Source of the DNA: an uncultured Chloroflexia bacterium
GTDB lineage: Bacteria > Chloroflexota > Anaerolineae > JAAYZQ01
DNA length: 64,000 nucleotides
Direction: 5' to 3'
NCBI GenBank assembly: GCA_963701775.1
Contig: CAVPBH010000020.1
Span: 221,527 to 285,526, forward strand
Numbering within the stretch: the stretch's first letter is position 1; every line of letters begins with the position of its first letter. Below the pieces are notes generated by a model, which ran no database searches, was not told the DNA's origin, and saw only the letters and a program-made list of their open reading frames with translations. Shown here in pieces: positions 28,000-38,055 of the stretch. Made by a program: the position numbers and the translations under genes.

Positions 28000-29117
28000 G
28001 GCAAGGCCTCGTCAATCACCTGTGATAGGTCGCGCGCCACGATCGGAAGGCGCTGGGCGCGGCTCATCTGGCGGAAGCGCACGTAGCAGTTGGGGCACGA
28101 GGTTACGATCTGCTCGGCACCGGCCGCGACGGCCTGCTCCAGGCGCATGACCACGGCGCGGTTGGCCATCTTCTGGCTGGTGAAGTAGACTCCCCCGCCG
28201 GCGCCGCAGCAAAGCGAATCTTTCCGGTTGGCCGGCATCTCGACCAACTCCAGCCCAGGCACAGCGCCAAGGAGGGCGCGGGGCTGCTCGTATAGGCCCA
28301 TGTGGCGGCCCAATACGCACGGGTCGTGCCAGGTCACCCGCACGGGCAATTCGGCCAGCCGGCCCTCGACGTGCGGCAGCAGGAACTCGCTCAGGTGCTG
28401 CACCTCAAACCCCACAGGCAGGCCGAGCTCGCCCGGGAGCAGGTGCTTGAGGGTCTGGTAGCAGGAGGGGCACGTCGTCAGCACCAGGTCCGGCTGCCAG
28501 CGCTCGATGCGCTCCAGCGTGGCCTGCGCCACGTCGCGGGCGGCCTGCACCTGGCCTATCTCGTACAGCGGCAGGCCGCAGCAGGTGTCGTCCGGAAAGA
28601 CGGCCGCATCCAGCCCCAGCTTGGCCAGCAGCCCCGTCATGGCCTGCAGCACTTCGCGGGCCATGCGCGTGGTGGTGCAGCCCGGATAGTACAGCACCGA
28701 GACCTTGCGGGGCACGGCGGGCGGGACGGCCTGCTCGCCTGCCGGACCATACGGATTGAGGTGCATCCGCGTCAGCGCGACGACGCGCTCATGCCCGGGC
28801 AGGGCATGCCCGGCTTCGGCCAGATCGGCGCGCCAGGCGTGAAAGATCTCGGTGAGTGGGACGCCCACCGGGCAGTGTGCCTCGCAGCTTCCGCACAGGG
28901 TGCAGGCATAGGCGTGATCGAGGAACTCTTCCGTAATCTCCACCTGGCCTTCGAGGGTCGCCTGGGCCATGCGCACTCGCCCACGGGCGTATTGCGTCTC
29001 CCAGCCCGGGGTGAAAGGATAGGTGGGGCAGACGTGCTCCACTCCCTTCCAGCCCCACACCCGGCAAAAGCCGCAGCGGGAGCAATCGTAGAGCTGTTTT
29101 CTGTGGTCTTCCAGCAT
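27996..29117 (-). CDS. Fe-S cluster-binding protein with CCG domains (GlcF/HdrD-like)
   Basis: Intact 373 aa; two ferredoxin-type Cys motifs (CSRCGFCRVWGW, CTLCGSCEAHCP) and CCG-type motifs (DTCCGLP, CPSCYQ, DSLCCGAGGG, CPNCYVRF). Confidence 0.75.
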   Translation of the reverse strand: MLEDHRKQLYDCSRCGFCRVWGWKGVEHVCPTYPFTPGWETQYARGRVRMAQATLEGQVEITEEFLDHAYACTLCGSCEAHCPVGVPLTEIFHAWRADLAEAGHALPGHERVVALTRMHLNPYGPAGEQAVPPAVPRKVSVLYYPGCTTTRMAREVLQAMTGLLAKLGLDAAVFPDDTCCGLPLYEIGQVQAARDVAQATLERIERWQPDLVLTTCPSCYQTLKHLLPGELGLPVGFEVQHLSEFLLPHVEGRLAELPVRVTWHDPCVLGRHMGLYEQPRALLGAVPGLELVEMPANRKDSLCCGAGGGVYFTSQKMANRAVVMRLEQAVAAGAEQIVTSCPNCYVRFRQMSRAQRLPIVARDLSQVIDEALP

Positions 29118-29127
29118 TGGTCGCCCC

Positions 29128-30468
29128 CTAGAGCCCGATAACGCCTGGGTTCATGATGTTGTTGGGATCCAGCGCCCGCTTGAGGGTCTTGAGCATGCTC
29201 CAGTAGCCCGTGTCGCCGAGGTGTGCCTGCAGGTGAGGCGCCCACTGGCGGCCCTTGGTGTAGGGGCAGCCACCCATGGCAAGCGCGGCGTCCATCATCT
29301 CGGGCAGCGCCGCCTGGAGCCGGGCGTACGCCTCCTGGTCGCCTGGGTGATGGAAGAGAAGGCTGACGTGCTCGGAGCCGGTGGGCTCGGGGAACATCTG
29401 CTGCGAGAACTTGACAATTCCGTGCCGCTGCATGATCTCGCGCATGAGCAAGGTAGCGCTCTCCAGCTTGGAGAAAGGCAGGAAGAAGGTCACCGCAGCC
29501 GCAATGCCGTCCTTGAACTCTTCGCCGGTGTGGAACCAGCGATACGTCCAGAACTTTTGCGGGGCTTCGGGCCCCTCGCACCGAAAGGACGGGTAGCGGG
29601 CGACGATGGCCCGGATGCGCTCCACGCGATGGTCCACCTCGGCGGCATCTCCCTCGACATTCACATCGAACAGGAGCCAGTCCGGCTTGATAATTGGAAC
29701 CGAGATGAAGCACACCAAGTCGTGCTGTGCCAGCTCGCGAAAGATCTCAATGCCATCGTGCAGGCTGGTGCCTACGTAGCGCTCCAGGTAGACCTTCTCG
29801 GGAAGAGGGTACATGCGCAGCGTTACCTCGGTGATGACGCCGAATGCTCCCTCGGAACCGACGAAGAGCCCGGTCAGGTCAGGCCCCAGGGCATAGCGGA
29901 AGAAGGTGCTCGCTGCCGGATTGGCCCCGGTGCCGGTCGATACGATTTCACCCGAAGGCAGCACAGCCTTCAGCCCCAGTACCTGGTGGCCCTGGCTGAC
30001 GTACTTGATATTGCCCCAGCCAATCCCCGGCCTCGATACGTGCGCCCCCAGCGTACCGGCCATGGCGCCCGAGGGCGCGATGCCGATCTTCCAGCCCCGC
30101 TGCTCCAGCATATCCATCAGCTTCACGAAGGTCAGACCGGTCTGTGCGGTGACCGTGCCGGTGTCCTCGTCGATGTCCAGGAGTTTGTCCAGCCGGAGCG
30201 TTTCCAGGAGAATGCCCCCATCCGATTGGCAGCCGCCTTCCTGGGCCGAGCCTGCCGCCGCGCGGCGACACCGGGACGCCCAGCTCATTCGCCAGACGTA
30301 AGATGGCGGCGATTTCGTCGGCGCTGCCCGGTTTGACCGCGCAGAGAGGCCAGCGCGGCGGCTGCGTGCCAAAGTCCTGCGTATAGGCCATCAATATGAA
30401 CGGCTCGTCGGTAACATACTCCGGCCCGACAATGTCGCGCAGGCGAGCGAGTAGGTCTCGTCTATCCA
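29128..30468 (-). CDS. FAD-binding oxidase (GlcD-like) with one apparent frameshift near 30280
   Basis: N-terminal FAD_binding_4 in the frame of ORF 29948..30691 (MDRRDLLARLRDIVGPEYVTDEPFILMAYTQDFG...AVKPGSADEIAAILRLANELGVPVSPRGG). Remainder in the frame of ORF 29128..30372 (GSAQEGGCQSDGGILLETLRLDKLLDIDEDTG...). Confidence 0.65.
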
Positions 30469-31223
30469 TGGTCCGTACCCGGGAAGAGAATGCCGTGCAT
30501 CTCGCGCACCAGGCGCTGCGGGTTCTCGTCCTGCCACACGCGGCGGCCGATTGCGACGCCGCCCGCTCCGGCTGCCACCACGTCGCGTACCACCTGGAGT
30601 GTGTCGTCGCCTGATCCGCTGTTCTTGGGCCCGCCGGCGACGACGATCGGAATCGGACAGGTGGCCACCACATCGCGGAAGGCCGCGACATCGCCGCAGT
30701 AGTTGGTCTTGACGATGTCTGCGCCCATCTCGAAGCCGATGCGTGCCGCGTGGGCGATGGCTGCGGGCTGGTAGGCCTGATCCTGTGCGGGCATCATCTC
30801 GGCCAACACCGGAACGCCAAAACGCTGGCAGCGCTCGGCCAGGTTGCCGAGGAAGCGCATCGTCTCCACCTCGCCGCCGCGTCCGAAGAAGATGGACACA
30901 GCCACCGCGTCGGCATCCAGGCGCAGCGCCGTCTCGACGGTGGCTACGGGCGTCTCCTGGCGTGCTTCGGGCGCCAAGCCGAGGGTGATGCTGACCCGGA
31001 GCACCAGGCCCACCGGATCTGCGACCGGCTCGACCAGGCGTGCCATGCCGGGGGTCACGAGCAGGGCATTGGCGCCGCCCGCCACCACCTGCTGCACGAG
31101 CGAGTAGGGGCGGTCGATCCCCTTGATGGGCCCCAGCCAGGGTCCATGATCCAGGGGCACCATCAGGCAGCGTTGCTGCGATCCGCGGAATAGCCTCCGC
31201 ATTCTCCGATCTTTGCCTGTCAT
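30462..31223 (-). CDS. class I aldolase, DhnA/LsrF-like (fructose-bisphosphate aldolase class I / thiolase-like family)
   Basis: Intact 253 aa (RMRRLFRGSQQRCLMVPLDHGPWLGPIKG...DAVAVSIFFG...ADIVKTNYCGDV...). Confidence 0.7.
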   Translation of the reverse strand: MTGKDRRMRRLFRGSQQRCLMVPLDHGPWLGPIKGIDRPYSLVQQVVAGGANALLVTPGMARLVEPVADPVGLVLRVSITLGLAPEARQETPVATVETALRLDADAVAVSIFFGRGGEVETMRFLGNLAERCQRFGVPVLAEMMPAQDQAYQPAAIAHAARIGFEMGADIVKTNYCGDVAAFRDVVATCPIPIVVAGGPKNSGSGDDTLQVVRDVVAAGAGGVAIGRRVWQDENPQRLVREMHGILFPGTDHG

Positions 31224-31226
31224 AAT

Positions 31227-32676
31227 TCACTCTCCTGCTTCTGCCAGAGCAAACTCACAGAAGGCCCGATAGGTATGATATCCGTCTTCATAGACTTTAG
31301 ATAATTCGTGATGTGGCTCGATTCGCTCCGGGCCGTCGAACGTACGCGATAGGCTCTCGGCAAAACTGCCCTGCCCCAAGTGCTGCTTGCAGAGCGCAAA
31401 GAGCACCCGGGTAACCGTCTCGCTGCCGGCATAGATGGAGACCGGGCGTTGGCAGACGTCTGCGATGATCTGCGGCCAGCCGGGTGTGGACGCGCCGCCG
31501 CCGGCGAGCGCAATCTCGTGCACTGCCACACCCATCTGGCCAAAGAGATCCAGGAAGACCCGCAGGCTGTAGGCGACACCCTCCATCACGGCGCGCAGCA
31601 CGTGCCGGGCATCGTGAGCGAGTTGCAGCCCGTAGAAGCCGGCCCGGAGCCTGTCGCTCCAGTAGGGGTTGCGCTCGCCCGCGAGGAAGGGAATGAAGCA
31701 TACCCCACCTGCCCCAGGCGCAACCTCGAGCGCTTCGGCTAGGCATGCATCAAAGGGCTTGCCTTGGCCCAGGAGCGCGTGGGCCCAGGTCAGGCTGCTG
31801 CCCGTCGTGGAAGATACGCCGCCCAACATTAGGTAGGGACCAAAGGGATAGATGTGCAGGCGGTGCTGAGGGTCGGGGTGCCGGTCGTTCTCGATTGGAA
31901 GGAACACCATGGAGGAGCTGCCCAGCGAGCACACAACCCGCCCAGGCTTCAGCGGCGCAGCACCAAACAATGCAGCAACGTCTCCCATGCCTACGACAAC
32001 TCTTGCGTCGGGCGGCAGGCCAAGTTGGCGTGCCACGTCGGGCAGGAGCCGGCCTCCGCCGCCGTCGCCGGGCCGGATGGGCGGCAGGACCGCGGCATCC
32101 AGGCCGGCCAGCGGCAACCGGTCGAGCGCGTAGCGGCGGCTGGACCAATCGAGGAGTGCGGCGCCGCCCGGCTCGGTCAGGTCGGTGCAGATCTCGCCGG
32201 TCATGCGATACCGCACATAGTCCTTGGGCCAGAGCAGGCTGCGCGTGCGGTCCAGCGCCTCGGGCCGGTGGCGGCGCAGCCAAACCAGCTTGGGCAGGGT
32301 GAAGGTGCTGTTCAGTTGGTAGGGTGGAAGGCGCAGGAGTGGCCTGCAACTCCTCTGTTTCGGCCGCGGCACGGCGGTCCAGCCAAAGGATGGTGGGCGG
32401 GATGACCTTGCCCTCCGCGTCGAGCAAGACCCCGGTGTGCATCTGCCCGGTAAAGGAAAGAGCCGCGACCTCGTGCAGATCGTGGCCGTCCCGCGCCAGG
32501 GCCGAGAGAGCCGTCTGCAGGGCCCGCCACCACTGCCCCGGGTCTTGCTCGGCCCAGCCGGGCTGCTCGGCGCTGTAACCATAGCGGGAAGTGGCGGCGC
32601 CTGTTACCCGCCCCTCGCCGCTGTACAGCACGGCTTTGAGCGACGACGTGCCGACGTCGATGGTCAAGATGCTCAC
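31227..32676 (-). CDS. FGGY-family carbohydrate kinase (xylulokinase/glycerol kinase-like) with one apparent frameshift near 32330
   Basis: N-terminus MSILTIDVGTSSLKAVLYS...QWWRAL in ORF 31750..32676. Remainder in ORF 31227..32582 (YQLNSTFTLPKLVWLRRHRPE...GSSSMVFLP...GGGASTPGWPQIIADV). Confidence 0.7.
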
Positions 32677-32686
32677 AGACGATCCC

Positions 32687-34171
32687 TCACGGCATCAGCC
32701 CCTTGTCCCGGTAGTAGCGCCGGGCATCGGCCAGGATGCGGTCCAGGTCATCCTCCTGGGCAGGAGTCAACGGCTGCACCTGGTGAGTGGCCAGGATGCG
32801 CTCCACCCGCGCGCGCGCATAGTCAATCGCCGTCTTCTTGTCCGCGGCCAGCCATTGGCCGTAGCTCAAGCGGTCGGCCGCACGGGGCATATACTGCTCC
32901 CTGCGAAACCACTTCAGGGTGTGTTCCGTGTCCAGGTAGTGGCCTGGGATGGGCCCCACCTTCTGGATCAGCTCCAGCGCAATCGTGTCGTCGTCTACCT
33001 GTTCGCCCGAGATAAAGCGGCCAATCATGCCTGCGATATCGTCGTCGAGCACGGCCTGCACCGGGTGTGCCGTCATCTCGGCGGCGACCCCAAAGTGCAA
33101 TAGCAGGTGGTTTGCACCTGAGAGGGCGGCGGCAAACCCCGCCATCGCCTTTTCGTAGCCGGCCTGGTAGTCGATGGTCTTGGCCGAGACGTAGCCCGGC
33201 GAACCGTTGCCACAGGGCACCTGATAGTGGCGCCACATCTGGTTCCAGATGGCATTATTGATCGAAGCTTCGATCTGGCCAAAGGCCGGCGCCCCGTTGC
33301 TCATGTTCATGGACAAAGCAAAGTGGCCGATGAGCATGCGGTGGCCTGGGCGCAGAAGCTGCGTGAGCACGATCATGGCCATGTGCTCGGCATTGCTGAC
33401 CACGACCGAGCCGGCCGCCGTCACCGGGCCGGTGCCCCCCATGATGCAGCCGTCGACCGTCAGGATCGGGAAGTCGGCCTCGACCATCCGGCGGGCGACC
33501 GATATCGCATCGCCGTTCCACATGAGCGGCGCGGACGAAGTGACGACGCCCGAGATCTCGACCCCAATCGCCTGGGCCATCTGTATGTTAAAGATCTCAC
33601 ACCCCTGCGTGTAGCAGACCGATTGGTGCTTGGTCGAGTGGCGCATGAGCAGGGCCACCCCCTCGGGCATGGCCATCACCGGCGGCACGCCTTCGAAGCC
33701 ATAGTAGGGATAGCAGCCCAGGCAGCTCAACGTCGGCAGCGCGTCCAGGACGCGGGCGCACTCGACGAACTCGGCCCGGGTGGGCGAGCGCGGCTCGTAG
33801 GTGTCCAGATCGATGGTCTGCATCCCCGAGGTGTGCGAGAAGTGCAAGGTGTTGCCGCCATACTCCAGGTCGTGGCGCGGGTCGCGCGCCCGAACACGGA
33901 AGGTGGGCGGCACACGGCGCAGGCACTCCTCGACCAGGGCAGGAGGGAAGCGGACGCGGTGCGCGTCGGCATCGACCCTACAGCCGTGGCCGGCCAGGAA
34001 CTCGAGTGCCCAGCCGGATTCCATGCGCACGCCGGTCTCGTCCAGGACCCGCAGTGTGGCCCTGTGGATGTCAGCCACCTGCTCGTCGGTGATGAACTCG
34101 ATGGGCTTGAGCCTTAGCGTAAAGCCGTCTTGGTTCACTCTGTGTTTCTCCACCAGCCACATGCGCCGCAC
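32687..34171 (-). CDS. MttB-family (trimethylamine methyltransferase superfamily) corrinoid-dependent methyltransferase, non-pyrrolysine type
   Basis: Intact 494 aa with no in-frame amber; MttB-like architecture (…FPILTVDGCIMGGTGPVTAAGSVVVSNAEHMAMIVLTQLLRPG…LSYGQWLAADKKTAIDYAR). Confidence 0.8.
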   Translation of the reverse strand: MRRMWLVEKHRVNQDGFTLRLKPIEFITDEQVADIHRATLRVLDETGVRMESGWALEFLAGHGCRVDADAHRVRFPPALVEECLRRVPPTFRVRARDPRHDLEYGGNTLHFSHTSGMQTIDLDTYEPRSPTRAEFVECARVLDALPTLSCLGCYPYYGFEGVPPVMAMPEGVALLMRHSTKHQSVCYTQGCEIFNIQMAQAIGVEISGVVTSSAPLMWNGDAISVARRMVEADFPILTVDGCIMGGTGPVTAAGSVVVSNAEHMAMIVLTQLLRPGHRMLIGHFALSMNMSNGAPAFGQIEASINNAIWNQMWRHYQVPCGNGSPGYVSAKTIDYQAGYEKAMAGFAAALSGANHLLLHFGVAAEMTAHPVQAVLDDDIAGMIGRFISGEQVDDDTIALELIQKVGPIPGHYLDTEHTLKWFRREQYMPRAADRLSYGQWLAADKKTAIDYARARVERILATHQVQPLTPAQEDDLDRILADARRYYRDKGLMP

Positions 34172-34221
34172 CCGTCAGGGCGGCCCGGAGCCCCCGGGCC
34201 GCCCCGGTCGTCGAGGCAGCC

Positions 34222-35610
34222 CTATGCCAAGGGCATGCCCGCCCGAATTGCCGTCTCTTGCACCTCATCGTAGATGCGCTGCCACTCGGCACTGGGCGTG
34301 AGCGTCTTGACGTCGTAGCACTCCGCAAAGCTCTGGCCCTTAGGGGCCTGCCCAAGCTGCGCCTCGTACAGGGGCAGCAGCCGGTTGGCCACATCATTGG
34401 CCTGGGCTCGGCTCATGCCGGCCGTCTTCTTGTACACCTCTCCGGCAAAGCGCACTTCCAGCGGCGTCAGGTAGTTGGAATACTTGCCGCCGGCGGAGCG
34501 CGTGCCGGTGCACGAGGTCGTGCCCGACACGCTCAGGTTCATCATGCCCACAGCCGACTCTAGGAGGAGCATCGGTGTGGCAGGCCCGGCCGTCTGGTTG
34601 AGGACCGAATTGACACACAGATGGGCATTGCGGCTCAGCGCCTGGAAGACGACACTCTGTGCCCAGAGGGCGTGCCGCCCGCAGTTGCCCATGTAGCGCA
34701 TGTCATACGGGAACGACGCGCCGTTGCTGGCCTGGTAGGCGTTGTAGAGCAAGATAGTGCAGGCAATGCACGACACCACGGCCCCCTCTGGACCGCCCGC
34801 ATAGCCGCCGATCATGGACCAGGAGCCGCCATATACCACTCCGTCGCAGTTAAACGCCTGCACCACCTTGTGCAGGCTCTCGTAGGAGGTCTTGAGCTCG
34901 ACGGGTGACAAGACCAGGACGATGTCACGCTCCGGCACATATCCGCCTGGGATGCCATAGCCGCCCAACACACCGTAGTGGGTGGGCGACGTGCCGACGG
35001 CATAGAGCCCCATGCCTTCCCGACCGGCACGACGCAGCGCCTCGTATGTGGCCTGTGCCTGCCACTTGCCTACCATCAACTCGTAGGGCGATCCGGCGCG
35101 TATGGTGGCGCCATAGATCGCCTCGACCGAAGGGCCCTCGATACAGTCCACTTCGGGCACGCGCGCGATGCCTTCCAGCACCGGGATGAAGAGCTCCTCG
35201 CTCATCGCAATGCTCAAGGGGCACACCCACACCGGCAGGGTCGGGTCGTCCAGGCCGCGGTGCTTGAAGTGAGCAATCTCTTTGCCTTCGCCCAGGGTGA
35301 ACTCGGCCGGTGCAGCAGCCAGGCCCTCCAGGAGCTCTTCGCGGGTGAACATGATGCGGCGCTGCGTGTCGATGCACAGCATCCCCGCCTCGATTGCCGT
35401 GTCCATGCCGGCCTGAAAGAAGCGGTCCACCAGGTCATCATCCTGGTTGATGGGGTTCTTGGGGTCACAGGTCCTGAGCAGGTTGTGCTTTTTCAGGTTG
35501 GCGGCGATGGTGCGTGGAATCACCTCGGTGTCCCACTGGAACGTCTCGCACACGGGGCCGGTGTGGGCCCTATCCAGAACACGCAGAAGTCTCTCGCGGT
35601 CGATGGTCAT
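34222..35610 (-). CDS. MtmB-family (monomethylamine methyltransferase-like) protein without in-frame amber codon
   Basis: Intact 462 aa; alignable to archaeal MtmB at N- and C-termini (…FQAGMDTAIEAGMLCIDTQRRIMFTREELLEGL… ; …GQSFAECYDVKTLTPSAEWQRIYDEVQETAIRAGMPLA, cf. MtmB …GKTFQECYDVKTVTPTEEYMQVYDG…). No TAG in frame. Confidence 0.75.
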   Translation of the reverse strand: MTIDRERLLRVLDRAHTGPVCETFQWDTEVIPRTIAANLKKHNLLRTCDPKNPINQDDDLVDRFFQAGMDTAIEAGMLCIDTQRRIMFTREELLEGLAAAPAEFTLGEGKEIAHFKHRGLDDPTLPVWVCPLSIAMSEELFIPVLEGIARVPEVDCIEGPSVEAIYGATIRAGSPYELMVGKWQAQATYEALRRAGREGMGLYAVGTSPTHYGVLGGYGIPGGYVPERDIVLVLSPVELKTSYESLHKVVQAFNCDGVVYGGSWSMIGGYAGGPEGAVVSCIACTILLYNAYQASNGASFPYDMRYMGNCGRHALWAQSVVFQALSRNAHLCVNSVLNQTAGPATPMLLLESAVGMMNLSVSGTTSCTGTRSAGGKYSNYLTPLEVRFAGEVYKKTAGMSRAQANDVANRLLPLYEAQLGQAPKGQSFAECYDVKTLTPSAEWQRIYDEVQETAIRAGMPLA

Positions 35611-35622
35611 GGCAATCTCTCC

Positions 35623-36303
35623 TTACATGATCACAGTGGGCACCGGCGGCTTTTGACCGGAGGTGACCAGTTGCTTGCAGAGGGCGGGAGCTTGAGCAGC
35701 GTTGGCGGCCCAGCCATCCGCGCCGATCTGGGCCGCGAATTCGGGTGTGACCGGCCCGCCGCCCACAATGACATAAAGACGGTCGCGCAGGCCCATTTCC
35801 TTGAGCAGGTCGATCACCTCCTTCTGGTAGGGAAGCGAGGCGGTCATCAAGCTGGAAAGCGCCAGGATGCTGGCGCGCTGGTCCCGGCCGGCCTTGACGA
35901 ACTCGAGGGGCGGGATGTTCACCCCCAAGTCGACGACTTCGTAGCCGCCGACGGCCAGCATGGTGGCCACCAGGTTCTTGCCGATGTCGTGCAAGTCACC
36001 CGAGACGGTGCCAATGACGACCTTGCCGCCCGACCCAGCTCCGGCTCCGCCCTTGATCTGTGGCTGGAGCAGTGCCATGCAGCGCTTCATCTTTTCGCCG
36101 GCGATCATCAGGTCGGGCAGATAGATCTCGAACCTGGAAAAGAGGTCGCCGATCTCGCCCATTGCATCGGAGGCGACTTCGATCGCCTTCATGGCGTCGC
36201 CGCCCTCGGCGATGTACTGCTCTGTCAGGCCGGTCACCTCGTCATATTCCGAGTCGCCGACCAATGCCGCGCGCAACTTTTCCAATAACTCCTGTGTGCT
36301 CAT
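35623..36303 (-). CDS. cobalamin-binding corrinoid protein (MtmC/MttC-like)
   Basis: Intact 226 aa; B12-binding DxHxxG motif (GTVSGDLHDIGKNLVATML) with N-terminal helical cap. Confidence 0.85.
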   Translation of the reverse strand: MSTQELLEKLRAALVGDSEYDEVTGLTEQYIAEGGDAMKAIEVASDAMGEIGDLFSRFEIYLPDLMIAGEKMKRCMALLQPQIKGGAGAGSGGKVVIGTVSGDLHDIGKNLVATMLAVGGYEVVDLGVNIPPLEFVKAGRDQRASILALSSLMTASLPYQKEVIDLLKEMGLRDRLYVIVGGGPVTPEFAAQIGADGWAANAAQAPALCKQLVTSGQKPPVPTVIM

Positions 36304-36365
36304 CGTTCTCCCTTCTGATCGTTTGTATCGGCCGCGGTCTACCGCGCCTTCTCTCCAAATGCCAG

Positions 36366-37793
36366 TCAGCCTCTGAGCTTGGCGCGCTCCGCCGCTGCCA
36401 GGATGCGATCTATCTCTCGATCCTGCTCTTCAGACAAGGGCGGAACGCGATGGCTGCGTACCGTTTCTCTGGCCCAGTCGCGGGCGCGCTCGACCATGGT
36501 TTGGTCGCCCTGGGCATGCCATGCCTCGTAGCCCTGCCGGTCTGCCAGGCGGGGCAGCATCTGTTCGCCGCGCCAAGACAGCTTGGTGTGTCGAGTGCCA
36601 AGGAAGTTGCCTGACGAGCCCATCTCCTGGATCAGGCCAACGGCCAGCGTCTCTTCCCTCACGTCAATTCCCTTCAGGATGCGGCCGACCATGGCGTTGA
36701 TCTCGCAATCGATCACGAGCTGGACGGGCGACCACGCCTTTTCGGTCTCCAGTCCGCCGCCATTTGTGATCAGGTTGGCCCCCGCTTGCGCCAGGAGCAG
36801 CGCGCCCATCGCCTTTTCGATGGCCGCCTGCTCGTCGTGCGCCTTAGCGTCGGTCAAAGGCAATTGCGGGTGGGTAGGAATGCCATAGTGGCGGCCGAGC
36901 TGCGCCGTCGCGGCGCCCAGCAGGCCGACCTCGACCGCACCGACGGAGAGCAAGCCTTGGCGCATGTCCAGGAGGTGGGGATAGCTGGAAAGCGTCACCG
37001 GCGCTCCTGGCTGGACAAGCTGCGCCCATACGACGCCGGCCAGGTGTTCGGCCGCCTGCAGCACCAGCGCGCCGGCGAGGGTCACCGGGCTGTTTGCGCC
37101 CAGGGTAGGAGCGGGCAGGATGCAGATCGGATGGCCAGCCCGTACAAAGTGCGCTGCGCCGTCCAGTTGGTCGGCGGGATAGCGTAGGGGTGTCACCGGG
37201 TTGATTTGGCCGTAGATGTGCTGCCCGGTGACGGCGGCCATCTCGACGACCCATGGGGCGCACCCGTCAAAGACCCCGCCGGCTGTGGCTTTCTGGGTAT
37301 TGCGCAGCACCTCCGCCGTGATCCACTCGATCATGACAGGCGAGGGCTTGTCGGAGATGGTTCCGGTCGGCATGATGGGCAGGTGAATCTCGTCAAGGGC
37401 GTCCAACAGGCGCACCATGGGGCCGATGTCGGCCAGGCACGCCGGGCGCCGCTGCCCGGTCTCCAGGTCCACCAGGAAGAGGCCTGGGTGCGACTGGACG
37501 TAGAGCCGCCCTGGCCCGACTTCGAGATCCGACTCCCGGCTGCGCGCCCGGAGAGTAAAGCCGCGCGGGCACAGAGCGACGCATTCCTCCACCAAGTGCT
37601 CGGGGATACGTACGCGGCCACAGGCGGGCTCGACGCTGCAGCCGGCGTGCGCCAGGAGCCGGAGTGCCTCGTCGCTGCCGAAGACGACGCCGGTCCCGGA
37701 TAGGACCTCAAGAGCGGAGCGGTGAACGCGCTCTACTTCTCCGGTCGTGAGCATGTCCCTGGGACTCGGGCATGCATATCCCTTCAGGGACAT
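36366..37793 (-). CDS. MttB-family corrinoid-dependent methyltransferase, non-pyrrolysine type (second copy)
   Basis: Intact 475 aa, no in-frame amber; paralog of 32687-34171. Confidence 0.8.
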   Translation of the reverse strand: MSLKGYACPSPRDMLTTGEVERVHRSALEVLSGTGVVFGSDEALRLLAHAGCSVEPACGRVRIPEHLVEECVALCPRGFTLRARSRESDLEVGPGRLYVQSHPGLFLVDLETGQRRPACLADIGPMVRLLDALDEIHLPIMPTGTISDKPSPVMIEWITAEVLRNTQKATAGGVFDGCAPWVVEMAAVTGQHIYGQINPVTPLRYPADQLDGAAHFVRAGHPICILPAPTLGANSPVTLAGALVLQAAEHLAGVVWAQLVQPGAPVTLSSYPHLLDMRQGLLSVGAVEVGLLGAATAQLGRHYGIPTHPQLPLTDAKAHDEQAAIEKAMGALLLAQAGANLITNGGGLETEKAWSPVQLVIDCEINAMVGRILKGIDVREETLAVGLIQEMGSSGNFLGTRHTKLSWRGEQMLPRLADRQGYEAWHAQGDQTMVERARDWARETVRSHRVPPLSEEQDREIDRILAAAERAKLRG

Positions 37794-37884
37794 GGGCCCC
37801 TCCGCTTCCGCGTTGTGTCCTTACTCAGCCGTGAGATGGAGTTACGTGCCACGGTCCCACCTGCCTGGATTCCCCGCTTTCGTC

Positions 37885-37982
37885 GCGAGGCAAATGATAT
37901 AATCACTTGCCATACAGAATATATCATATCGAGAGCAGATTGTCAAGTGATACTTGACAGCGGTCCGGACTTGTGATATACT
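37885..37982 (+). promoter_or_regulatory. divergent regulatory region: TATAAT box, 19-bp perfect palindrome TGTCAAGTGATACTTGACA overlapping a TTGACA-N17-TATACT promoter for gntR
   Basis: Palindrome at 37941-37959; TTGACA at 37954-37959, 17-bp spacer, TATACT at 37977-37982. Upstream GATATAATCA palindrome; motif TTATATCATTTG present twice in opposite orientation (about 37890 and 37995). Confidence 0.5.
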
Positions 37983-38055
37983 CTTTTCCGTAGTTGGTTA
38001 TATCATTTGGGCATCGACCGCAAGGGCCGGATCGCGCGCGCGTCAGGAGTCACCG

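Noticed and set aside
34222-35610. searched for in-frame TAG (pyrrolysine) in the MtmB-family gene and in-frame TGA (selenocysteine) in AOR/ferredoxin genes
   Set aside because: None present; all these ORFs are uninterrupted.
34978-36288. 436-aa plus-strand ORF
   Set aside because: Antisense to the MtmB-family and corrinoid-protein genes; low-complexity translation; no motifs.
36304-36365. possible cobalamin riboswitch upstream of the corrinoid/methyltransferase genes
   Set aside because: Intergenic spaces in the module are under 70 bp and the 5' leader at 37794-37890 is too short and lacks a B12-box-like GCCACTG core.
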